Origin: an uncultured Bacilli bacterium
GTDB taxonomy: Bacteria > Bacillota_I > Bacilli_A > RF39 > UBA660
Assembly (NCBI GenBank): GCA_934130175.1
Contig: CAKOXP010000008.1
Location: 181-64,180, forward strand
Direction of reading: 5' to 3'
Length of the DNA: 64,000 bases
Shown here: piece after piece, positions 8,329 through 15,545 of the stretch
Layout: every line of letters begins with the position of its first letter
How positions within the stretch are numbered: the first letter of the stretch is position 1
Made by a program: the position numbers and the translations under genes
Notes under the pieces: generated by a model
Databases searched by the model: none
The model's input: the letters and a program-made list of their open reading frames with translations, nothing else
Told to the model about the DNA's origin: nothing

Positions 8329-9945
8329 TTAGTTTTCAAATAATTCCATAACTAGTGGAATAACATTTTTCTTACGAGATACACATTTATCTACAAAGAA
8401 TCCTTCAGCTACATCTAGATTAGCATACATGATTTCTACTTTATCTTGAGCTTTTGTATTATATAAAACATAAGAACCATTCTTAATTATATCTGTTACA
8501 TATAAAGCTAAGAAACTATAGTTATTAGCCTCAGCAATAGAATCTAATACTTTAACGTATTCATCCATTTCTTTTTCAATTTCATCAAAATTCATAGTAA
8601 AGAATTGTCCAACTCCAAATGTATCTTCTCCTACAGTATATAATTTAAAATCATTATATAGTACATCTTCTTTACTCATACCATCAAGTGCAGTACCAGC
8701 TTTTAACATTTCCATACCATATTCTTCATAGTTAACTCCTGCTATACGTGCTAAATCTTTAACTGCTTCCTTATCACGTTCAGTAGTTGTTGGACTCTTT
8801 AAGATTAAAGTATCTGATAAAACTCCTGAAAGTAGAGCTCCTGCTATATTCTTAGGAATTTTTATTTCACGTTCCATAAACATAGTATAAACAATTGTAC
8901 AAGTAGAACCAACTGCCATATTTCTAAAGTTAACTGGAGCTGATGTTGTAATACTACCTAAATTATGGTGATCAATAATTTCTTTAATAACTGCTTCATC
9001 AATACCATCAGCAGTTTGTTTCTTTTCATTGTGATCAACTAAAATAACTTGTTTTGGATTTTTTTCAGATAAATCTGTAATTCTAAATAAACCTAAACAT
9101 TTATTATTTTTATCTACTACTGGATAGTTAGTATGTTTTAACTTATTATTAATATCCATAACTTCATCAACATAATCTGTATCTAAGAATTTAGTAGGAT
9201 TATAACTACTTACCATAGTTTTAATATAGTTAGCTAAAGATATTAATCTTGCCACATGATATGTATCTAAATCAGTTCCAACAACATTAACTTTATTAGT
9301 TTTAGCTTTTTCTAATAAATCTTCATTAATTGCACCTCCACCAGTAACAACTAATAATTTAATTTTACTTGAAATAGCATATTCAATAATATCTTGTCTA
9401 TTACCTACTATTAAAATTTCATTTTCACTTAATTTGATATTTTTCAAGAAAGTTGCACTATCAAATGCTGCAGCTAAAATATTACCCTTTATTTCTTCAT
9501 CAAATTTTAATATTTCGACTCCACCTAAAACATCTAAAACATTTTGATAAGATGTTTCCAACTTTTCTGTATCATCATTTAACATATTACGAGATAGATC
9601 TTTCATTGTAATAAGTCCTGAGAAAATATCATCTTCTTTTACAATAGGTAATCCAGTTAAATTTTCATTTAACATATATTGATAACCTTCATAAATAGAA
9701 TCATTTTCCTTCATAAAGAAACCTTTATGATAGTTAACATCCTTTAATTGTAATTTAACATCATTTAGGTATGCTGGTTCTTCTAGATTGAAGTAATCAA
9801 TTGCATACTTTGTTTCTTTATTAATATTACCTAATACTCTAGGTTCTGTATTATTACCACATTCATTTTCTAAATATGATAGCCCAATAGCTGACATAAC
9901 TGAATCTGAATCTGGTTTCTTATGACCAAAGATCATTGTTTTCAT
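8329..9945 (-). CDS. ppaC: Family II (Mn-dependent) inorganic pyrophosphatase with a CBS/DRTGG insertion
   Basis: GHKKPDSDS N-terminus, DHN/DHHN motifs (VDHNEKKQ, IDHHNLG) and a ~250-aa insert between the DHH and DHHA2 parts. Confidence 0.85.
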   Translation of the reverse strand: MKTMIFGHKKPDSDSVMSAIGLSYLENECGNNTEPRVLGNINKETKYAIDYFNLEEPAYLNDVKLQLKDVNYHKGFFMKENDSIYEGYQYMLNENLTGLPIVKEDDIFSGLITMKDLSRNMLNDDTEKLETSYQNVLDVLGGVEILKFDEEIKGNILAAAFDSATFLKNIKLSENEILIVGNRQDIIEYAISSKIKLLVVTGGGAINEDLLEKAKTNKVNVVGTDLDTYHVARLISLANYIKTMVSSYNPTKFLDTDYVDEVMDINNKLKHTNYPVVDKNNKCLGLFRITDLSEKNPKQVILVDHNEKKQTADGIDEAVIKEIIDHHNLGSITTSAPVNFRNMAVGSTCTIVYTMFMEREIKIPKNIAGALLSGVLSDTLILKSPTTTERDKEAVKDLARIAGVNYEEYGMEMLKAGTALDGMSKEDVLYNDFKLYTVGEDTFGVGQFFTMNFDEIEKEMDEYVKVLDSIAEANNYSFLALYVTDIIKNGSYVLYNTKAQDKVEIMYANLDVAEGFFVDKCVSRKKNVIPLVMELFEN

Positions 9946-10082
9946 ATAATCATTCCTTCCTTCTACGTAAATGATTATATCATATATATTTTAGAAAAAA
10001 AATGATTTTAATTGATAACTAATAAAATTATTTACAGAATAAGGCGTTTTTGTTATAATAGCAGGCAAAACCTCAGGTATAG

Positions 10083-10673
10083 GTGGTGAGAAAATTGAAG
10101 AAGAAAAAGTTTATGAAAACTAACTTTATTTTAGGAATTATTCTTTTTTCAACAGGAATCATTCTAGAGTTTGGTAATGGACTTTCTAGTATATTTGATG
10201 GAAGTTTAACGGGACTTAATTTAAGTATGAATGAAGTTGATACTGTATATAGTGATACTATAGATCCATTATCAAATGATGCTACCTACATTCAAGATAC
10301 TACCTGGAAATTTCCCGCTACTACAAATTACTATATTTCATCAAGTTATTCTTCATATCATCCAGCAATAGATATTGTACCTACTGATGGAAACTATGAA
10401 ATATATGCTGCATCAAGTGGTTATATTGTTACTTCTAGTTATAAATGGGATGGTGGAAATTATTTAGTGTTAAAACAAGACAATGGTTATTACAGTTTGT
10501 ATTGTCATTTATCTGATAAAAAAGTAAATGAAGGAGATAGAGTCAATAAAGGTCAAGTTATTGGTACTATGGGTAGAACTGGTCTTGCAACTGGTGTTCA
10601 TCTTCACTACTCTATCTGGTCTGGATATCCCTATCAACACTCTTCATCTATCAATCCTTTAAATTTTTATTAA
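10083..10673 (+). CDS. M23 family metallopeptidase (secreted or membrane-anchored)
   Basis: HPAIDI ... GRTGLATGVHLHY motifs. The start is ambiguous (GTG 10083, TTG 10095 or ATG 10113). Confidence 0.85.
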   Translation: MVRKLKKKKFMKTNFILGIILFSTGIILEFGNGLSSIFDGSLTGLNLSMNEVDTVYSDTIDPLSNDATYIQDTTWKFPATTNYYISSSYSSYHPAIDIVPTDGNYEIYAASSGYIVTSSYKWDGGNYLVLKQDNGYYSLYCHLSDKKVNEGDRVNKGQVIGTMGRTGLATGVHLHYSIWSGYPYQHSSSINPLNFY

Positions 10674-10684
10674 AAAGAAAAAAC

Positions 10685-13600
10685 CTAGTTAATAGGTTTT
10701 AATTCTTTATCTAAAATAGAATATAAATATAATTCTATTTTTTTATTGGTTCTTTTACTAATAGCTTCCTTATAACCTTCTAATTGTTTAGTATATGCAT
10801 CATCTAAAACATTCTTTAATTTATAATCAATTATTATAATAGTATCAGTATTTTCAATCATCAAATCAATAATTCCTGTCTTAAATTCATTATCTTTCTG
10901 ATAAATAAATTCGTATTCTTTATACATTTTAGAATTCAAATTATCTTTAATGATTTTTTGATTAAGGAAAGCTTCTACTAATTCTTTTTCTTTATTTGAA
11001 ATAACATCATAATCTGGATTATTAAAATCAATAAGTTCAAATATTTCATGAATTTTTGTACCTAACTTCATCTTGGAAATATCTTCAAGACTATTTAGAC
11101 TAACAACATTTTTAGAAAAGTGTTCTTCTTTTAAGACTTCTTTAGAAAAAGATTTTTCTAAAACTTTTAAATTATCTTCTACTAATAAACTATTATTATC
11201 AGAACCACTTTTATTAATAAGGTAATCTTTAGTACAATCTACTTCTATTTCCTTAATATATTCTTCAATATAATTATAAGTAAAATACATCATATCTTTA
11301 AATGAAGTCATCATATTCTTTTGATAATTGCTTGGATTTTCTATTAGTTTTTCACTATCAAACTCAGGCATAACTATTATCATTTTTTCTTTTGCTCTAG
11401 TAAGTGCAACATACAATAATCTAATTTTTTCTGATAATTCTTCTTCTTTTGTATCAAGTTTTAACAAAGTTTTATAAATAGTATCTTTCTGATAATTATT
11501 AAAATAAGGAATAATTAAACCATACTTGTTACTATAGAGTATTGAATCATTTAATTCCCTAAAACTAAATTTCTTAGTAAACCCAGCAAAGTAACAAACA
11601 GGATACTCTAAACCTTTTGATTTATGAATAGTCATAATTTTTACGGAGTTTGATTCTGAAGTATTAAGGGAAAATGTTTTTTTGGTATCGTTTTCAAAAA
11701 TATTTTCTAAGTAATCAACAAAATCAGATATAGTCATCCCATTAGATTCAAAATCATTAAGTAAATTGTAAAAATATTCTAATCTTACTCTTCCTACTTT
11801 GACATCAGTAAGTTTAAGTAAATTTTCTTCATAATTAAATATTTCAAGTAATTTTAAGAAAAATACTTTAGGTGAAGTCTCATAATAATAATTATATAAT
11901 TCTTCACATTTCTTATAAATAATTGTATCTTTATAATTACCAGTTTTTATTGTATGGAATAACTCTTCATCAGAAAGTTCAAATAAGAAACTTCTACCGA
12001 GGGATAAATAAGCATATTTAAAACTATTATCGAAAGATTCTTTATCAATAGCTTCTTCTAATTTTAAAATATTTTTAATAATTAAGATATCACTACTGCT
12101 TTTAATTTCTTCATCTTTATACAAGGTAAGAGGAATTCCTAAGTATTCAAATACTTTCTTATATAAATCAAAATCTCTAGTTCGATCAAGTAAAATTACA
12201 AAGTCACTATACTCTGCTTTTCTTAGGATTAAAGTATCTTTATCAAATATCAAATAATTATTTTCTATTTTTTCTTTGATATCTTTTCCTATCGCAAAGA
12301 TTTCTTTTTCTGTATCACTAAACTTGGTATCTTCTTTTTTATAAGTCAAGATTTCAAAATCATAATTTTGATTAGTTTTACCCTCTTCAATATAAGTGTT
12401 ATTACCAAATACCATTTGATGTGACTTTCTATAAGCAGCTCCCCCTAAATCATCAAACATTAAGTTATTGAATACTAGATTAATATTATCTAAAACTTCT
12501 TTTCTCGATCTAAAGTTTTTAAGTAAATCTATTTTTATACCACTATCTGTATTTGCATATAAATCATATTTATTTTTAAAGATATTAGGATTTGCATTTC
12601 TAAATCTATAGATAGATTGTTTAATATCTCCAACCATATAAACATTATTTTTACTTATTAAAGAAACAAAATATTCTTGGATATCGTTAGTATCTTGGTA
12701 CTCATCGACCATTATTTCATTAAATTTATTTGTCAACTCATCTCTAACACTAGAATTTTCTTCTACTATTTTTATAGCAAACCTACTAATATCATTGAAG
12801 GAATACATGTTGTTTTCCTGTTTTATTTTTGAAAAGCTATCATCAAATAAATTAAGTATTTCAATAATTAGTCTCATATTAGATTTAGTTGATAATATTT
12901 CTTCTCTTATTTGTTCTGTATTTTCGTAAACACATAAACTTTTAATATTAGTAACAATACTTGATATTTCTTTTTTTATATTTTTAGCCTCAGTATCAGC
13001 ATCTTTATCTATATTTGGTAATCTAAATTCAATGGATTTAACTACCTCATTATAGTTTCTTGCTTTAAGTAAAGGATTAATTACTTGATCAAGTTTTTCC
13101 ATATACTTCAAATCTAAATATAAGGATAAGCTTTTTATATCTTCTTCAATGTAAGATTTGTATTTTTCGATTACATCAAAATAAGAAGAAATGGCTTTAT
13201 CAATAAATTCATCATTGTAATATGTATCAAGGTAAGTGTTAAGATATTTTTTCTTATCTATCTTCATATCTAACTTATCACTAATCTTAATGAGTAATGC
13301 TTTTAATTGTTCATCATCCTTATAGCAAAAATCTTTAATAAAGTGTTTAAATTCCAAACTTCCATTAGAGTAATACTCATCAAAGATTTCATCCATCAAT
13401 TTTTTCTTATAGATATTAATTAAAGCATCATCACTAATTCCAACATTTCTATCTAGACCAAGTAAATAATGATATTTTTTAACAATACTTAGAGAAAAGC
13501 TATCAAATGTTGTTATATATGCTGAATCTATTAAATCAAGTTCTGATATCATATTTTCTTTTTTTAATTTTTTTCTAATACGATCTTTCATTTCTTTAGC

Positions 13601-13774
13601 AGCAGCATTAGTAAATGTCATAATTAATAATTCGTCAATATGAACTCCACTTTTAATTTTTCTCAATACTCTTTCGGTAAGAACGGCTGTCTTACCACTA
13701 CCTGCTCCTGCTGAAACGATAATATTATTATGGTCTAAGTTTATCGCATCAGTTTGTTCTTTTGTCCAAGCCAT
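10685..13774 (-). CDS. addA: ATP-dependent helicase/nuclease subunit A (UvrD-like helicase with C-terminal RecB-type nuclease)
   Basis: Walker A GAGSGKT, VDEYQDTN, C-terminal IIIDYKLK nuclease motif. addB lies nearby on the same strand. Confidence 0.85.
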   Translation of the reverse strand: MAWTKEQTDAINLDHNNIIVSAGAGSGKTAVLTERVLRKIKSGVHIDELLIMTFTNAAAKEMKDRIRKKLKKENMISELDLIDSAYITTFDSFSLSIVKKYHYLLGLDRNVGISDDALINIYKKKLMDEIFDEYYSNGSLEFKHFIKDFCYKDDEQLKALLIKISDKLDMKIDKKKYLNTYLDTYYNDEFIDKAISSYFDVIEKYKSYIEEDIKSLSLYLDLKYMEKLDQVINPLLKARNYNEVVKSIEFRLPNIDKDADTEAKNIKKEISSIVTNIKSLCVYENTEQIREEILSTKSNMRLIIEILNLFDDSFSKIKQENNMYSFNDISRFAIKIVEENSSVRDELTNKFNEIMVDEYQDTNDIQEYFVSLISKNNVYMVGDIKQSIYRFRNANPNIFKNKYDLYANTDSGIKIDLLKNFRSRKEVLDNINLVFNNLMFDDLGGAAYRKSHQMVFGNNTYIEEGKTNQNYDFEILTYKKEDTKFSDTEKEIFAIGKDIKEKIENNYLIFDKDTLILRKAEYSDFVILLDRTRDFDLYKKVFEYLGIPLTLYKDEEIKSSSDILIIKNILKLEEAIDKESFDNSFKYAYLSLGRSFLFELSDEELFHTIKTGNYKDTIIYKKCEELYNYYYETSPKVFFLKLLEIFNYEENLLKLTDVKVGRVRLEYFYNLLNDFESNGMTISDFVDYLENIFENDTKKTFSLNTSESNSVKIMTIHKSKGLEYPVCYFAGFTKKFSFRELNDSILYSNKYGLIIPYFNNYQKDTIYKTLLKLDTKEEELSEKIRLLYVALTRAKEKMIIVMPEFDSEKLIENPSNYQKNMMTSFKDMMYFTYNYIEEYIKEIEVDCTKDYLINKSGSDNNSLLVEDNLKVLEKSFSKEVLKEEHFSKNVVSLNSLEDISKMKLGTKIHEIFELIDFNNPDYDVISNKEKELVEAFLNQKIIKDNLNSKMYKEYEFIYQKDNEFKTGIIDLMIENTDTIIIIDYKLKNVLDDAYTKQLEGYKEAISKRTNKKIELYLYSILDKELKPIN

Positions 13775-13822
13775 ATCTTTTCACCCTCTTATCAAAAGTT
13801 AATCTTACATATATTTAATATA

Positions 13823-14413
13823 TCATAAAACAAATACTTTAAACAAACATTTAAGAAGATTATGTCTCTGATATCTATAAATAGTTACTACTATAAATAA
13901 TATAAAAATATATAGTAACACCGCAAATACCGGTAGTAAAAATTTTTTAATATTTTGATTTGCGATTTTCATTTTATATTCATCTAAAGAATATTTCTTC
14001 TTCCATCTGTTTAATTTTCCTTTTGCGCATTTTATATACAATTGATTAGCAAACATTACCCAAAATGTTTTTTCAATAATAATTGATAAAAAGAACAAGA
14101 AATCGGAAAAGTTAAAAAATCCCAAATTAATAAAACTACCAATATAAGTATTAAAATAAACAAATAATAAACTCAGTAATTCAAGGAAAAATCCAACAAA
14201 GAAACAATTTCTATAACAAAAATATAGTCCTCCAAGTAAAAATACTTTTAAATTATTAGTATTATGTATTATATCATCATACTCATACCCTAACATAATT
14301 TCTAAATCACTATTTTCACTCTTTGTTTTTTTGATATAGTTTCCATTTTTCATATACCCACAAACCATACAATAATCTTTAAAATTAGATTTTCCACATT
14401 TAGGACAATTCAT
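13823..14413 (-). CDS. Zinc-ribbon membrane protein (DUF2628-like)
   Basis: N-terminal CPKCG...CMVCG, then LLGGLYFCYRNCFF and several TM helices. Extended -10 (TGcTATAAT, minus strand, 14450..14458) upstream. Confidence 0.4.
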   Translation of the reverse strand: MNCPKCGKSNFKDYCMVCGYMKNGNYIKKTKSENSDLEIMLGYEYDDIIHNTNNLKVFLLGGLYFCYRNCFFVGFFLELLSLLFVYFNTYIGSFINLGFFNFSDFLFFLSIIIEKTFWVMFANQLYIKCAKGKLNRWKKKYSLDEYKMKIANQNIKKFLLPVFAVLLYIFILFIVVTIYRYQRHNLLKCLFKVFVL

Positions 14414-14487
14414 AAAAACACCAATCTTTCAATTCTTATTATCAAGCTAATTATAGCATAGTATTGTAAGATTTTTTCTAGTTTTTT

Positions 14488-14518
14488 CTTGTTTAATTTA
14501 TCGAACATGTGTTATATT
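14488..14518 (+). promoter_or_regulatory. Unit 1 promoter with overlapping LexA (Cheo-box-like) operator CGAACATGTGTTAT (14502..14515)
   Basis: TTGTTT -35, 17-18 nt spacer, TTATAT/TATATT -10. The 14-mer matches the Firmicute consensus CGAACATATGTTCG at 11 of 14 positions and overlaps the -10. Confidence 0.55.
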
Positions 14519-14583
14519 TAACTTGGAACATTTAGTTGTTGAGTGTCTACCTCTAATCTTTATAGAGAGGAGGTTATTGATAT

Positions 14584-14667
14584 ATGGGAAAGAAAGATTT
14601 TTTAATTACTATCTTACTCACTATTATCATATTATTAATAGCTCTACTCTTCATAACATTGAAGTAG
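14584..14667 (+). CDS. 27-aa hydrophobic peptide MGKKDFLITILLTIIILLIALLFITLK (type I toxin-like)
   Basis: SD AGAGGAGG 8-9 nt upstream. The ORF length is conserved in all three units despite 4 substitutions. Single TM flanked by Lys. Confidence 0.6.
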   Translation: MGKKDFLITILLTIIILLIALLFITLK

Positions 14668-14676
14668 TATCACCTA

Positions 14677-14766
14677 TAAATAAAAACGGCACTCATCTCT
14701 TTCAAAGATAAGTGCCTCTCAAACAAATTTGGGTAGACATTCTACTTGTCAAACTGAATGTTCCCC
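14677..14766 (-). ncRNA. Candidate antisense RNA, unit 1 (3' end defined by a minus-strand terminator at 14677..14716)
   Basis: Minus strand reads GGCACTTATCT-ttgaaag-AGATGAGTGCC followed by gtttttattta. A possible TAAAAT -10 lies at 14773..14778, so the 5' end is uncertain. Confidence 0.3.
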
Positions 14767-14836
14767 TTTTTTATTTTATGCAAGAATACTTGCTACATAC
14801 ATAATAACATATTCTTTTTATTTTTTCTAGTTTTTT

Positions 14837-14867
14837 CTTGTTTAATTTATCGAACATGTGTTATATT
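14837..14867 (+). promoter_or_regulatory. Unit 2 promoter with LexA-box-like operator (14851..14864)
   Basis: -35 TTGTTT at 14838..14843, -10 at 14861..14867, CGAACATGTGTTAT overlapping it. Confidence 0.55.
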
Positions 14868-14932
14868 TGACTTGGAACATTTAGTTGTTGAGTGTCTACC
14901 TCTAATCTTTATAGAGAGGAGGTCTTTGATAT

Positions 14933-15016
14933 ATGGGAAAGAAAGATTTTTTAATCTTTATCTTACTTATTATTATCATTTTACTTATAAGCCTACTCTT
15001 CATTATCTTGAAGTAG
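14933..15016 (+). CDS. 27-aa hydrophobic peptide MGKKDFLIFILLIIIILLISLLFIILK (type I toxin-like)
   Basis: SD AGAGGAGG. Nucleotide-identical ORF in unit 3. Confidence 0.6.
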   Translation: MGKKDFLIFILLIIIILLISLLFIILK

Positions 15017-15024
15017 TAAATCCT

Positions 15025-15116
15025 ATAAATAAAAATGACACTCATCCGCAAAGATAAGTGTCTATCAAACCAATTTAGGTAGACATTCAACTAAGCAAAA
15101 AAACTGAATGTTCCCT
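15025..15116 (-). ncRNA. Candidate antisense RNA, unit 2 (terminator 15025..15062)
   Basis: Minus strand reads GACACTTATC-tttgcg-GATGAGTGTC followed by atttttattta. It overlaps the 3' UTR and terminator of the peptide mRNA. Confidence 0.3.
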
Positions 15117-15187
15117 TTTTTTATTTTATGCAAGAATACTTGCTACATACATGATAACATACTCTTTCTATTTTTTCTAGTTTTTTT

Positions 15188-15218
15188 CTTGTTTATTTTA
15201 TCGAACATGTGTTATATT
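15188..15218 (+). promoter_or_regulatory. Unit 3 promoter with LexA-box-like operator (15202..15215)
   Basis: Same architecture as units 1 and 2. Confidence 0.55.
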
Positions 15219-15283
15219 TGACTTGGAACATTTAGTTGTTGAGTGTCTACCTCTAATCTAGAAAGAGAGGAGGTCTTTGATAT

Positions 15284-15367
15284 ATGGGAAAGAAAGATTT
15301 TTTAATCTTTATCTTACTTATTATTATCATTTTACTTATAAGCCTACTCTTCATTATCTTGAAGTAG
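15284..15367 (+). CDS. 27-aa hydrophobic peptide, identical to the unit 2 peptide
   Basis: SD AGAGGAGG; ATG 15284, TAG 15365-15367. Confidence 0.6.
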   Translation: MGKKDFLIFILLIIIILLISLLFIILK

Positions 15368-15375
15368 TAAATCCT

Positions 15376-15465
15376 ATAAATAAAAATGACACTCATCCGC
15401 AAAGATAAGTGTCAAATCCTAACATTTAGGTAGACATTCAACTTTGCAAAACTGAATGCTTTCCT
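15376..15465 (-). ncRNA. Candidate antisense RNA, unit 3 (terminator 15376..15413)
   Basis: Same hairpin and T-run as unit 2. Confidence 0.3.
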
Positions 15466-15545
15466 TTTTTTATTTTATGCAAGAATACTTGCTACATACA
15501 TAGTATCATAATATTAATTTTTTTTCAATATATGCTTTCTTAAGA

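Larger units (their letters stand above)
14456..15510 (+). repeat. Tandem array of three ~350-bp units (periods 349 and 351 nt)
   Basis: The CGAACATGTGTTAT landmarks at 14502, 14851 and 15202 and the ATGs at 14584, 14933 and 15284 give the period. Units 2 and 3 are near-identical and unit 1 is diverged. Confidence 0.95.

Noticed and set aside
14523-15090. Track ORFs 14523..14711(+), 14758..15057(+) and 14902..15090(-) inside the tandem array.
   Set aside because: They lack SDs, read through promoters, terminators and unit junctions, and are not conserved in frame between units. The 27-codon ORF with a strong SD is the only reading frame preserved in all three units.
14456-15510. Possible CRISPR array or IS element, given the regular repeats.
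   Set aside because: The units are ~350 bp with no short repeat-spacer alternation, and there are no terminal inverted repeats or transposase. The CATAGTAT found at both ends is explained by a partial extra unit, not a target-site duplication.
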